This document shows positions 8,101-17,483 of a stretch of DNA of 64,000 bases, in pieces. Under the pieces are notes generated by a model, which was given only the letters and a program-made list of their open reading frames with translations, was not told where the DNA came from and did no database searches. This stretch comes from a virus (lineage: Duplodnaviria > Caudoviricetes): positions 1-64,000 of the IMG/VR virus record IMGVR_UViG_3300014326_000001. The stretch is one strand, 5' to 3'. Position 1 is the stretch's first letter; the number at the start of each line of letters is the position of its first letter. A program made the translations under genes and the position numbers.

Positions 8101-8571
8101 ATGATTAGTGAGACTTATCGAGAAATCGAAATCACGCTGTTGGAAGAAGAGAACAAGTGGCGCTTTACCGCAAACGGTCGGGAAAGAACCGCTCCAAGTC
8201 TCCCAAAGGCAAAAGAGTACATCGACAACGCGCTGGACGAAATCAGGACTAACAAGGTAAAGCCGTGGCAGCCGTTCGAGGCGTACCATTGTCGGTATTC
8301 GGACACCACGTTTAATCTGGTAACCATTACCTCACAGGCCGAGGGTTCGCGATACTCTCCTAGAAGTGATCGTTACTTCTGGGCTACACAAAATGGCAAG
8401 CGTAGCAAGCTGGACGGTGACTACCTCTACGCTAAGACGCCGGAGAATGACAAGTTGATCGCTGACTATGCCGCGCTCAACAGGGAACTAGAAGCACTTG
8501 AAATCAGGGTGAGAGCCGCAAAGGGTAAGATCGAGAAAATTACAATTCCCGCAACCAAATCGGAGGACTAA
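8101..8571 (+). CDS. Hypothetical protein
   Basis: 156-aa ORF, GGAGG upstream. Confidence 0.75.
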   Translation: MISETYREIEITLLEEENKWRFTANGRERTAPSLPKAKEYIDNALDEIRTNKVKPWQPFEAYHCRYSDTTFNLVTITSQAEGSRYSPRSDRYFWATQNGKRSKLDGDYLYAKTPENDKLIADYAALNRELEALEIRVRAAKGKIEKITIPATKSED

Positions 8572-8612
8572 CCCTCCCGTGTTGGCGGACACGGCAAAAC
8601 CGCCTACAACCT

Positions 8613-8792
8613 ATGATCACAACATCGCAAATCGCAACCAAATTAGGCGTAACCCAAAGGCGCGTACAGCAACTTATCAAAGAGCTTGGCATCAAGACTG
8701 AAATAGTCGGCCAGACTCAGATTGTACCACCTAACGCGCTGGAAAAAATGCGAAAAAGAGAGACTAAATCAGGTCGCAAGAAAAGCAAATAA
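8613..8792 (+). CDS. 59-aa helix-turn-helix (excisionase/Xis-like) DNA-binding protein
   Basis: Manual translation MITTSQIATKLGVTQRRVQQLIKELGIKTEIVGQTQIV. Confidence 0.7.
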   Translation: MITTSQIATKLGVTQRRVQQLIKELGIKTEIVGQTQIVPPNALEKMRKRETKSGRKKSK

Positions 8793-8796
8793 CACT

Positions 8797-9465
8797 ATGA
8801 CACAGAATAAAAAACACGCATTCCAAGGATTCGGAGTCTGTAACCAAATGGACGAGGTTGGTATTTGTGGGCTACCACCCTCTGCCGACATCCACGATGT
8901 AGGAGAGCAGCCGCTATCGGGAAATGCTGGGATAGTTTGCCCAACGTGCAAGGCCAGCTTTCTTACCTATCCAGACTTCACAGCGCATATTGGTAGTCCA
9001 ACTTGCGCTAACGAAATCATGGTTAATGAGGAAGAGAGCACCGAGGCTTTCCCCGTTGTTGAGTCTCAAGCCATTTCAGAGTTGCAGGCTGCTCATTCGC
9101 TAACGCGGGACGTGTTTATGACCGCGCTGGAGGCGTTTGAAGACGCTACCTGCGATGCGGGCAACCCTGACTACCATATTAGCAAGAAACGCGCTTTAGC
9201 GGTCTATCTTGAGCAATTATTCTGCCATCCTGAGACCGACCACCTACAAAGAGAAGAGATAGCACGACTACGAGCAAGCGAGGATTTTCAATACAAAGAA
9301 ATCGCACAACTGCGGAAGGCGGCAAGCATCCTTATTACCAACGCGGAGTTGATTGACGATCCACGAAACGACGGCGCTACCGAGCGCGATTGCTACGCGG
9401 TCGCACTGAACGACTTGGAGTCTCTTCGCGCTGCCCTTAATCCAATACAGGAGAGTGGAAAATGA
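8797..9465 (+). CDS. Hypothetical accessory protein with Cys/His motifs
   Basis: ATG at 8797 (MTQNKKHAFQG) within ORF 8722..9465; CPTC...H motif. Confidence 0.7.
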   Translation: MTQNKKHAFQGFGVCNQMDEVGICGLPPSADIHDVGEQPLSGNAGIVCPTCKASFLTYPDFTAHIGSPTCANEIMVNEEESTEAFPVVESQAISELQAAHSLTRDVFMTALEAFEDATCDAGNPDYHISKKRALAVYLEQLFCHPETDHLQREEIARLRASEDFQYKEIAQLRKAASILITNAELIDDPRNDGATERDCYAVALNDLESLRAALNPIQESGK

Positions 9466-9794
9466 GCATTAAAACACTTCTTTGCGGTTGCGTGGTAAGC
9501 GGTAATGACGTTGCTCCATGCGGTGAACATGTGGAGAGGTTTCAGGCTGCGAAGACCCTCGCCGCAACAGTTGAAAAATGGTATGCAGGACTAGCTGTAG
9601 ACGTACATTCAGTGCGTGTGTCGCCGCACGATTTATTTCTAACAGGAGAACTTTGCGCCACTGAAAAAGAAGCGATAGCGGCCAAACGTAAACTCCATAT
9701 TACCAGAATGGAAGACGACCGAAGGATTGTCAACGCACTTGATGAACGATTCGACGCGATTGAGGATGAAGAGATGGCGAAGGGCAACGCATGA
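9462..9794 (+). CDS. Hypothetical protein
   Basis: ATGA-coupled, AGGAG RBS. Confidence 0.7.
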   Translation: MSIKTLLCGCVVSGNDVAPCGEHVERFQAAKTLAATVEKWYAGLAVDVHSVRVSPHDLFLTGELCATEKEAIAAKRKLHITRMEDDRRIVNALDERFDAIEDEEMAKGNA

Positions 9795-9985
9795 ACAAAG
9801 AACCATCAATAGGGACGGTCATTGCTTGCGTTGACAGCAACGGTAAAGACTGCACGGCAACTTACATGGGCGACGGCAAGTGGGAAATTACCCGTGACGG
9901 GAAAGTATACGGGCAAGCCGAAATGAGTTGGACTGAGTGGGTAGCCGCAAGCTGGCAGACTGAGATGGCGAAAGGAAGGGAGTAG
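9791..9985 (+). CDS. Hypothetical protein
   Basis: ATGA-coupled small ORF. Confidence 0.6.
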   Translation: MNKEPSIGTVIACVDSNGKDCTATYMGDGKWEITRDGKVYGQAEMSWTEWVAASWQTEMAKGRE

Positions 9986-9987
9986 AG

Positions 9988-10356
9988 ATGACGAAGAAGA
10001 ACATTGAATTATTGAAACGATTGCGAACTCGGTTCCTCAGGATGCGTCATCTTGAACACTTTGACATGACTGAGATAGCAACACGCGGCGAGTGTGGGGC
10101 AGTGATGTGCATTGCAGGCCACGCGCTTGATCTTGCTGGCTACAAGAGGCGTTGGAGCCCCGACTTTGGCGAATATCGTTTCCTTTCGCCAGACGGAAGC
10201 AAGGTATACGACCCGCTGAACACCGCGCAACGAGAACTTGGCCTAGATCGAGACGAAGCTCAAGGCGCACATGGTCTATTTTTTAATTGGAAACTCAAAA
10301 CGCCAAAGGACGCCGCCGAAGCAATCGACAAAATCATTCAAGGTGCTGCCCAATGA
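9988..10356 (+). CDS. Hypothetical protein
   Basis: 122 aa, GGGAG RBS. Confidence 0.7.
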   Translation: MTKKNIELLKRLRTRFLRMRHLEHFDMTEIATRGECGAVMCIAGHALDLAGYKRRWSPDFGEYRFLSPDGSKVYDPLNTAQRELGLDRDEAQGAHGLFFNWKLKTPKDAAEAIDKIIQGAAQ

Positions 10357-10786
10357 TCAACCTCGAAACCCAACTAACTCACGCCAAGTTTGACCCTTCA
10401 ATCAGCCGTACCCATATTCACATGAATACAGTAGATGAAGGCTATCATCGTTCAGTAAGAGCAGAGTTGTATTGCTTGATGCGGGGAGATTACCAAGCTG
10501 CCGGAATAATCAAATACCGAAGAACGCCCCCAAGGGAAGATGGGTGCATACCGTGTTGCCAGTGTGGTGAATTAACGAAATGGGACGTGACTTATCAAGA
10601 CCTTTGTTTTCGGTGTATTCGCGCTGACAATGAATAAGACTCCCAAACAGAAAAGTTTTTAGCCCCAAAGGAGACCGAAGTAATGAAACAGGAAATTCAA
10701 GGTGGTGAAGGCAAAGAACTTCGTTACGAAACTTAGTGAACTCTCCGAGCCGCGCAAGGCGTCGGACTAGAAACAGGGTAGCTTTT

Positions 10787-11239
10787 ATGACAGGCGCATC
10801 GAATCCAAACTTTAAGCACGGGCTTTGGAGCCATCCGCTATATCGAACGTGGCGAGGCATGATGGCTCGTTGCTACAACGTCGCTAGTCACGGCTACCCC
10901 TACTACGGAGCATGCGGCGTCACAGTTTGTAAGCGGTGGCACGACGTGAGGTTGTTCATCGCTGATATGCCCGCTCGGCCTTCCGCCAAGCACACACTTG
11001 ATCGTTACCCAGACAGGACGGGAAACTACGAACCAACCAACGTCCGTTGGGCTACATGGAAAGAGCAAAACCTTAACCGCAAACCTCGGAAACGCCACTT
11101 GCGCGGGACTCGCTGTAGGCGCGGCCACCAATACACGGAAGAAAATACGGGCATCAAATCAACGGGCGCGAGATATTGCCGGACGTGTTACCGCGCCAAT
11201 CAACGAACAAGATACAAACAGCAGACAATTCAAACTTGA
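10787..11239 (+). mobile_element. Free-standing HNH homing endonuclease
   Basis: HGL..HPLYRTWRGMMARC...TLDR.PD..GNYEPTNVRWAT plus C-terminal CRRGHQYTEENT...YCRTC. Confidence 0.85.
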
Positions 11240-11252
11240 AAGGTGATGAATC

Positions 11253-11906
11253 ATGGCACTAGGAAACGGAAAACCAAATTACAAACGACACGATGACGAC
11301 GAATGGATTGATGAGATTCGCCTTGTCACCGTGCCGCGTTACAAAACGTCAGGGATGAGCGGCGACGAGTGGCGGTTCTCTGCCAAGGTTCAACTCTTGC
11401 GAAAAGGGCACATTCTCTTTGAGCGTTCTTTTAGCAAGCTACACTACGCCATAGATTTCCTTCCCGCAATTCAACACGAGTTTGCTGATCAGGGACGAGC
11501 GGATCGAGACGTGGACGACCGCCCCGTTGACTTTGATCGCTATTGCTTTAATCCCGGATGTCGAGAAGACGGCGTGGTTGAATATCAGCTAATCGATCAG
11601 TTTTCCAGACCCTATGGCGACAAATTGCCAAAGAAGCCGTACCTCGGCGAGTACCGCCGACGATTCTGTGAAGCCCACGCAATGCGCGGCGACTGTGGCC
11701 TTGAGGATGCGGACTCCAACTACACGTTGATTTCCGCGCCGCCGGGATGGAAAGGAAACGCTGATTTAGGCGCAAAGGCGGCTGAGAGTCCGAGTGCGCA
11801 GATGAACGTTGCAATTAACAGCCTTGGCGATTTACCTGCCGCGATTGAGCGGGCACGAAAGGATCACGATGAAAACAAAGGAACGACTGACGCAGGCGCT
11901 TGCTGA
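11253..11906 (+). CDS. Hypothetical protein
   Basis: 217-aa ORF with Cys motifs. Confidence 0.7.
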   Translation: MALGNGKPNYKRHDDDEWIDEIRLVTVPRYKTSGMSGDEWRFSAKVQLLRKGHILFERSFSKLHYAIDFLPAIQHEFADQGRADRDVDDRPVDFDRYCFNPGCREDGVVEYQLIDQFSRPYGDKLPKKPYLGEYRRRFCEAHAMRGDCGLEDADSNYTLISAPPGWKGNADLGAKAAESPSAQMNVAINSLGDLPAAIERARKDHDENKGTTDAGAC

Positions 11907-12123
11907 ATCTAGCGCACCGGAATGGATGATTAAGAACGCCATCAACGGACAGTACGACGATTTCGAGTCACAACATCCGACGCCGATAAGCCTGCTCGTG
12001 GCCGATTGCCGCGCCAATGGATTGGACGCCATTGCGGCACGGGCTATTGACGGAGACTTTGATGCAAGCAAAGAAGAGTCTGACGCGTGGTTTGAAAGCG
12101 AAGGCAAGGACCTACTTGCATAG
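11869..12123 (+). CDS. Small hypothetical phage protein
   Basis: MKTKERLTQALAE..., AAGGA RBS, within ORF 11809..12123. Confidence 0.7.
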   Translation: MKTKERLTQALAESSAPEWMIKNAINGQYDDFESQHPTPISLLVADCRANGLDAIAARAIDGDFDASKEESDAWFESEGKDLLA

Positions 12124-12126
12124 CCT

Positions 12127-12198
12127 TCAACTTACCAACACGCGAGCCGCAGCGAGCGGTACAGCCGAGCAGGTTAAGTAGTGAGTTCTGTTCTGCAC
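12127..12198 (+). repeat. Dispersed structured element copy E3 (divergent)
   Basis: TAG.CCTTCAACTTACCAACACGCGAGCC...GCGGTACAGCC parallels E1 TAG.CGTCAACGTACCAACACCGCGAAGCGGGTACAACC. Confidence 0.6.
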
Positions 12199-12567
12199 GT
12201 CCCCCAACTGATTTGTTTACCAAGGAGAACGAGTGTGAGTGAGCCTCAATTTGACTTTGAGTTTGCCATTACCCCTCGGGTCGCAAAAAGTGGCAGCGCA
12301 TGTGGATTGGAAGCTGTTTTTGGATCGCTAACCTACGAGGCGTTGGAGTTCCACGGAAGCGATACTTCGCGCCGCTTTCGCCGACGTTGGACTGACCGGC
12401 AATTTCACGCTGCCATTCAGGACGTTTGGAATCACGGCTATCGCATCGTATCAGTGTTGAAAAACCGCGCACCGGAGCCGGGGACAACGCCCGAGTTCCG
12501 CATAGAGAATTCCAACCTGTACGAAGGCCACGGGTCAGATATGAAAATCAAGGGGCAACTCCCATGA
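12181..12567 (+). CDS. Hypothetical protein (start uncertain)
   Basis: 128-aa ORF coupled by ATGA to the next gene. Confidence 0.55.
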   Translation: MSSVLHVPQLICLPRRTSVSEPQFDFEFAITPRVAKSGSACGLEAVFGSLTYEALEFHGSDTSRRFRRRWTDRQFHAAIQDVWNHGYRIVSVLKNRAPEPGTTPEFRIENSNLYEGHGSDMKIKGQLP

Positions 12568-13079
12568 CTGATCTATCCGTTAGTGAAGTAGAAGCGATGC
12601 TGGCGAAACTGACCGCACAGGGCGTATGGCATCCCTATGATCGAGGCATTGGGTGGGAAGCTCACCGCGAGGCTACCTGTGTCCCTGAGTGCCTAGAACT
12701 CAACATGCAGGACAAGGAAACGTTCAAGCAGGCTGATGCCGAGTTCATCGCCGCCGCCCCTCAGATAGCTAAACAGTACCTTGAGGTAGTCAAAGAGAAC
12801 AGCGATCTGCGGCTGGGTGGGCCATGCACCTACAAAACAGTGATCGAGAGCATGGAGATGCTGGAAGCCGCCGGAATGGGTACAGAGGGCAAACCGAACA
12901 CGCTTTGGGCTATGACACAGGAGGCTATTGAACAACTCGCCGCCCTCCGCAAAGAAAGAGATCGATTAGTGTCTACGCTGGAAGGTCGCGCTGAAGAAGA
13001 AATGAAAATGCTTGCTGAGGTCGCCGCTGAAAACGACGAATTGCGCGCAGAGCTAGAACGGCTGAAAGGGGAGAAATGA
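12564..13079 (+). CDS. Ead/Ea22-like accessory protein
   Basis: ADAEFIAAAPQIAKQYLE motif and C-terminal coiled coil. Confidence 0.6.
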   Translation: MTDLSVSEVEAMLAKLTAQGVWHPYDRGIGWEAHREATCVPECLELNMQDKETFKQADAEFIAAAPQIAKQYLEVVKENSDLRLGGPCTYKTVIESMEMLEAAGMGTEGKPNTLWAMTQEAIEQLAALRKERDRLVSTLEGRAEEEMKMLAEVAAENDELRAELERLKGEK

Positions 13080-13765
13080 AAACTAAGAATCCAGAACAGA
13101 AGGGTAAGGCTAAAACTGCACCGAGCCTCTCAACAGTTGTGGAGAGCGGCGAAGCGCACGCAGTAGCGGGCTTGGCGGTGTGCCCATTCTGCGGAGTCAA
13201 AGCAGAGGAATCAGCGCGACCGCATTGGATTCACATCATGCATTTACATGACTGCTTTATCGCGCTTCTCGCCCAGCGGGACATGTACATCCCGCGTGAC
13301 GAATGGTTGGCAGCGTGGAACACCCGAGTAGTAAGTGGTCTTCCAGCGTGGCAACCGATTGGGGCGGGACTACCAAAGGCGGGAGTCCCTGTACTGGCGT
13401 TCTTCCGCTATGCCTCAACGGGCAAAGGTCGCGTGGTTCGCGCCATGTACGCGCCAAGCCTGACTCTCACAGAAGAAGATTGGGGAGATTTTCAAAGCGG
13501 CGCGGATTACGACGAAGCAACTGACGCGACCTATTGGCCGGAAGGTTGGTACGAAAGGAATGAATACGAAGAAACGAACTGGAGGCTATCGGAAGACGTG
13601 ACGCACTGGATGCCGCTCCCTGCGCACCCGATCACACAAGCTGAGGGTGGGTCTCCATCTCAGGACGTACCCGAATCGCTCGCTCCTGAAACTGAGTCTG
13701 TTTCTTCTGCTGAATCTATGCGTACTGCAGAAGTAAGTCAGGGAGAGGAAACAGAAAATCTTTAG
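13076..13765 (+). CDS. Mosaic accessory protein (Lar-like CPFCG motif plus DUF551-like domain)
   Basis: CPFCG, WNTR, WQPI and THWMPLP motifs. Confidence 0.7.
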   Translation: MKTKNPEQKGKAKTAPSLSTVVESGEAHAVAGLAVCPFCGVKAEESARPHWIHIMHLHDCFIALLAQRDMYIPRDEWLAAWNTRVVSGLPAWQPIGAGLPKAGVPVLAFFRYASTGKGRVVRAMYAPSLTLTEEDWGDFQSGADYDEATDATYWPEGWYERNEYEETNWRLSEDVTHWMPLPAHPITQAEGGSPSQDVPESLAPETESVSSAESMRTAEVSQGEETENL

Positions 13766-13830
13766 GTTAATGGGAACCAACTGCACCATGGCTTTTAACG
13801 GTTGTTATTCTGAAATCATTTTGGAGGTGA

Positions 13831-14208
13831 GTGGTTGTGAAGCTAAATCGCAAGAGCGTGTTCGCAAGGTTCTACCTGTTGGCTGGCGATGAGTGGAATT
13901 TGCCAGAGGACTTTTGCTCCTTCTTTTGGGGGTTAGTTGAACGCGCCCTAAAAGTAATCATCTTTGTTGCGGTATGCCTATTCATTATCTGCTTCTTTGT
14001 TTACGGGGTTATTCACGTCGTCATGGCGGGATGGAGACACCCGACGATCTCCGCGACCGCCCTAGCGTCTGCATTCGTCATCGCCGGAGGGTTCTGGCTG
14101 GCTTACCGCCGAGGCGTAGCGAGCGCCGCGAGCGACTTACTGAAAATTGTAAACACGAAGATCGACTCAGTCAGAAATCGCTACTGCCTCCGAATAGAGT
14201 GGCACTAG
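13831..14208 (+). CDS. Membrane protein with two hydrophobic segments
   Basis: GGAGG RBS; two TM-like stretches. Confidence 0.7.
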   Translation: MVVKLNRKSVFARFYLLAGDEWNLPEDFCSFFWGLVERALKVIIFVAVCLFIICFFVYGVIHVVMAGWRHPTISATALASAFVIAGGFWLAYRRGVASAASDLLKIVNTKIDSVRNRYCLRIEWH

Positions 14209-14210
14209 CG

Positions 14211-14274
14211 TCAACGTACCAACACCGCGAAGCGGGTACAACCTAGCCCGATTCAGTAATGAGGGTTGTGCAGC
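14211..14274 (+). repeat. Dispersed structured element copy E1
   Basis: TCAACGTACCAACACCGCGAAGCGGGTACAACCTAGCCCGATTCAGTAATGAGGGTTGTGCAGC, starting 2 bp after a stop codon. Confidence 0.8.
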
Positions 14275-14323
14275 ATTGATCGACGTTTCAGTTCTTGGAT
14301 TTATTCTTGAGAGGGAGAAAGAA

Positions 14324-14746
14324 ATGGATAACAAAACTACAGACTTAAAAGGTGATGAGGAACAAAACCCAGCTTCTCCATCTGCTGAATCACGAGCCAC
14401 TGGTGCGTTGAGTGCTGCCCTTGACCGCCTTATGGCCGTGTTCAATGAAGCGTCTGACGAGCGATACGAGAACCTAAAAGAATGGGAGAATCTCGGTCGG
14501 CGTTGGCAGAGCGAAGGAGACGGGTACGGCTACAACTTTCATCAAGGAATGGCCGCTGGCGCAAACTGGTGCGATATTTATTACCGCCGCGTGGGGCGAG
14601 AAATAGAAGCGATCCGCAAGGAGTTCACTCAAGCTACAGCGTCACCCGCTTCGGGTGCGCCTCTCTCCAGAGAGGGAGGGCAAGGGCAATACTGTGAACA
14701 CCATACTTACCGTTCACTGTGTCCAGCGTGCAGCGGGTTGAGCTAA
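14324..14746 (+). CDS. Hypothetical accessory protein
   Basis: MDNKTT start with GGGAG RBS, within ORF 14276..14746. Confidence 0.7.
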   Translation: MDNKTTDLKGDEEQNPASPSAESRATGALSAALDRLMAVFNEASDERYENLKEWENLGRRWQSEGDGYGYNFHQGMAAGANWCDIYYRRVGREIEAIRKEFTQATASPASGAPLSREGGQGQYCEHHTYRSLCPACSGLS

Positions 14747-14847
14747 GAAACGTGATGACTATTAAAGGCGAATCGTTTGGACGCGGTGACGTAATCTTCG
14801 TTGTGGTTATTTTGATTCTGATCGCGCTCGCCCAAAGATGCTAAAGC

Positions 14848-14910
14848 TTCCAACGCACCGGAAGCGGGAAGCGGAGACCTAGCCCGATCAAATTGAGAGT
14901 ATTGTGCAGC
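14848..14910 (+). repeat. Dispersed structured element copy E2
   Basis: TTCCAACGCACCGGAAGCGGGAAGCGGAGACCTAGCCCGATCAAATTGAGAGTATTGTGCAGC, between TAA 14842-14844 and ATG 14911. Confidence 0.8.
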
Positions 14911-15055
14911 ATGAATAAGAAACGCCTGATCCCCTTTGTCATCTTCTTACTATTGTTCTACTTCTATTACGTAATGGAACAACCAGTAGATATTTGTCCA
15001 GTAGAGTTAAAATCAGTTGAAGTTAAAGACGATCTGAGCAGGTATTGAAATGCAG

Positions 15056-15118
15056 CAAAAAGCTCCTAGCTGCCCCCACCGTTTGAGAAAGCCCCGCTTC
15101 GCGGAGGCAGAAAGTTGA
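15056..15118 (-). repeat. Dispersed structured element copy E6 (inverted)
   Basis: Minus strand TCAACTTTCTGCCTCCGCGAAGCGGGG...GGGCAGCTAGG matches E5 TCAACTTTCCGGCTCGCCGAAGGCGG...GGGCAGCAAGG. Confidence 0.65.
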
Positions 15119-15124
15119 GAGGTT

Positions 15125-15388
15125 ATGAATCTTAGCGTTAAAACATGCGAGCTACTTACAGTGGAGAATGCGCTCACGCAGTCAGAGCGCGAGGCCATTT
15201 CAGGACGACCACAAACCTTAATCGCCGGAGATACAGGGAGCATTTTTATCGGTTGCAAGGGCGACTTGGTAAAGTTCCGCGAGCGCGTAGGAATAGCAAT
15301 TTGCATGGTTCGTGCGGCGTGGTTTCTCGTGCTACACGGATTTACTAGCATTTCGTTCACGAAAAAGACAGACGGAAAACTCCAATGA
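15125..15388 (+). CDS. Hypothetical protein
   Basis: 87 aa, GAGG RBS, coupled to the next ORF. Confidence 0.55.
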   Translation: MNLSVKTCELLTVENALTQSEREAISGRPQTLIAGDTGSIFIGCKGDLVKFRERVGIAICMVRAAWFLVLHGFTSISFTKKTDGKLQ

Positions 15389-15636
15389 TTAAACTATCAG
15401 ACAACGAAATCATTCATGAAAGCCCTACAGCACGAGAAATCGCGCGGGAGGCTGTACGGGTTAGCCGGAGCAGGAAAAAGGCTCTCAAGGGCATTTACGG
15501 CGCAGTACGAGCAGCCACAATCAGAGAATCAACCCGCCCCCGCTACCTTCCGCATGGTGCGTTCCAATTTTGGTGGGAGCAAGATGTTATCCGTCCTCGC
15601 GTTGGCGCTATCGAAGCAAGCCTTTACCCAAAATAA
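15385..15636 (+). CDS. Hypothetical protein
   Basis: ATGA-coupled, 83 aa. Confidence 0.55.
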   Translation: MIKLSDNEIIHESPTAREIAREAVRVSRSRKKALKGIYGAVRAATIRESTRPRYLPHGAFQFWWEQDVIRPRVGAIEASLYPK

Positions 15637-15641
15637 AGATA

Positions 15642-15670
15642 TTGACAAGCGGTGTTGACGTTGATAGGAT
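15642..15670 (+). promoter_or_regulatory. Sigma70-type promoter
   Basis: TTGACA-17-TAGGAT. Confidence 0.7.
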
Positions 15671-15678
15671 ATAGCGTC

Positions 15679-15855
15679 ATGGAAGAGAAAACGTTATCAC
15701 GGCAGAGGCGGTGGGCGATTAAGAACCAAGCCAAAGGCCGTTGTCCTATCTGTGGAAAGAAGTGCGCCCCTGCTTTCAGGTGTAAGAAACACGCTAAGGC
15801 GCAAAAGAAGATTAACCAAGAGTATCGTCAGAAGTTGAAGGAAGGTAAGGGATGA
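15679..15855 (+). CDS. Small basic zinc-finger protein
   Basis: CPICGKKCAPAFRCKKH; ATG just after the promoter. Confidence 0.65.
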   Translation: MEEKTLSRQRRWAIKNQAKGRCPICGKKCAPAFRCKKHAKAQKKINQEYRQKLKEGKG

Positions 15856-16079
15856 ACAACGCGCTATTTAGAATCTGTCTCTTCCTGAAGTGGGCGACTG
15901 CGATGGTCAGCGGCAGTTTGGTGGCGCTCATTGCGGTTCACTTTGGCCGTAACGCTTGCTTCTTGGCAGCTGGCGCGACTCTGAGCGGACTTCTTGGCGG
16001 GGCGTGCTGTGTCTTAAAAGCGGCAATTCACGTCTACGGCGACCCTGAATGGATAAAGAGTCTACGCGAGGAATGAATC

Positions 16080-16343
16080 GTGGGTGAATCAAAATCCATA
16101 ATCCTTGAAGCAGAAGTTCATTCCTTCCCTGCCGATCCGGTCGATGAGCCAATGTGGGGGTATCCTGATGACGAACAGCGCGAACCTGCTCCTTGTTGTG
16201 TAGAGTGTGATTATTCTGATCTACAAGAATGGGAGTGGGAAATGAAGCAAAGAACTCTCGTTGCGGATCAACTAGAACTCTCCGAGCCGCCGCTTCGCGG
16301 TCGGAGTAACTTGAGTGCCCCCGCGCCTTGGGAGCGTTCATGA
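16080..16343 (+). CDS. Hypothetical protein
   Basis: 87 aa, acidic, CCVEC motif. Confidence 0.55.
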   Translation: MGESKSIILEAEVHSFPADPVDEPMWGYPDDEQREPAPCCVECDYSDLQEWEWEMKQRTLVADQLELSEPPLRGRSNLSAPAPWERS

Positions 16344-16675
16344 GCGATTTAATAAATATCGAGAAAGAACTTGTGCGCCTCGGCGGTGCGCTTGATCTTC
16401 TGACCACGGATTTTGAGGGTCTGTGCCGCCGCGCCGCCGATGCTCGCTCCGACTACGATATTGCATGGGCAAAAGCGTTACTCAAATCGAACGGTAGCGC
16501 AAAAGACATAAGAGAATCCGAAGCCGTGCAAGTTGTCGAAACCGAGATGCGCGAAGCTCGCATAGCCGAAGCAATTAGGGATGCTGCTAAAGAAAGAATT
16601 CGCGCTCTTGAGTCGCTGCTCACTGTTCATCAATCCCGCCTTAAATGGCTTGACGAAGGAAAACGATTTGCATGA
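16340..16675 (+). CDS. Helical UvsY-like recombination mediator (putative)
   Basis: All-helical 111 aa directly before the nuclease and SSB-like genes. Confidence 0.45.
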   Translation: MSDLINIEKELVRLGGALDLLTTDFEGLCRRAADARSDYDIAWAKALLKSNGSAKDIRESEAVQVVETEMREARIAEAIRDAAKERIRALESLLTVHQSRLKWLDEGKRFA

Positions 16676-17454
16676 GCCTCCCTCGCGTTGAAGAAATCTT
16701 ATTTGAACATTTGATCGCGGAACGCGAGACGCGAGAACGTGCGCCTTCTCTGTTGCCGGACACGCTTCACGCCAACGCTTCATCTGCCGGGGGCTGCGCT
16801 CGCGCTGTCGGACTGCGCATGGCAAAGCTGGAAGGCGAACCCGTCAGCGCCGACGCTCTGTTCAACTTCTACATCGGGGACGCAATTCACGACAAGATTC
16901 AAGCGGCCATGCTTGCTAAGATTCCCAAGGCAGAGAAAGAAGTTAACGGAGTTATCGAGGACTTCATCACCTGTCGCGCCGATCTAAAATATCCTGCTGA
17001 AGATTCAAAGAGCGTATGCTGCGAAATCAAGTCCACTTCGGACTTCGGATTCAAACTTGCCACTGGCGCAAAGTTGAAATCTAACGGTCAATGGAACAAG
17101 AAAGACCAAAAGGCAGAAGGGCCAAAACGAGAACATATCCTTCAAGTTGGTATCTCTGCCAAGTCTATTGACGCTGACTATCTAGCGATTGTTTACGCTC
17201 GGAAAACAGCGGCCAAAGATGAACCAATTATACATGAGTGGCGATTCAAAGTGGAGGATTTTGAGGGCGCAATTCAGGATGAAATTGCGCGGCTAAAACA
17301 CATTGTCGAACTAGTGCGCGGGGGGCGCATACCGGATCGAGAATATCAAGGGGGAGTAATTGACAACCCAAAAACAGTTCGCTTCCCGTGTGGTTATTGT
17401 CAGTACTTGAAACCATGTCTGACGTTAGGCGCAGGGGAAGTGGAAATCAAATAA
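16672..17454 (+). CDS. PD-(D/E)XK Cas4/RecB-like exonuclease
   Basis: SSAGGCAR, GDAIH, RADL...EIKS, QVG and terminal CGYCQYLKPC Fe-S-type cysteines. Confidence 0.85.
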   Translation: MSLPRVEEILFEHLIAERETRERAPSLLPDTLHANASSAGGCARAVGLRMAKLEGEPVSADALFNFYIGDAIHDKIQAAMLAKIPKAEKEVNGVIEDFITCRADLKYPAEDSKSVCCEIKSTSDFGFKLATGAKLKSNGQWNKKDQKAEGPKREHILQVGISAKSIDADYLAIVYARKTAAKDEPIIHEWRFKVEDFEGAIQDEIARLKHIVELVRGGRIPDREYQGGVIDNPKTVRFPCGYCQYLKPCLTLGAGEVEIK

Positions 17455-17483
17455 CAATCTAACCCAAGTAAAGGAACAAACCA

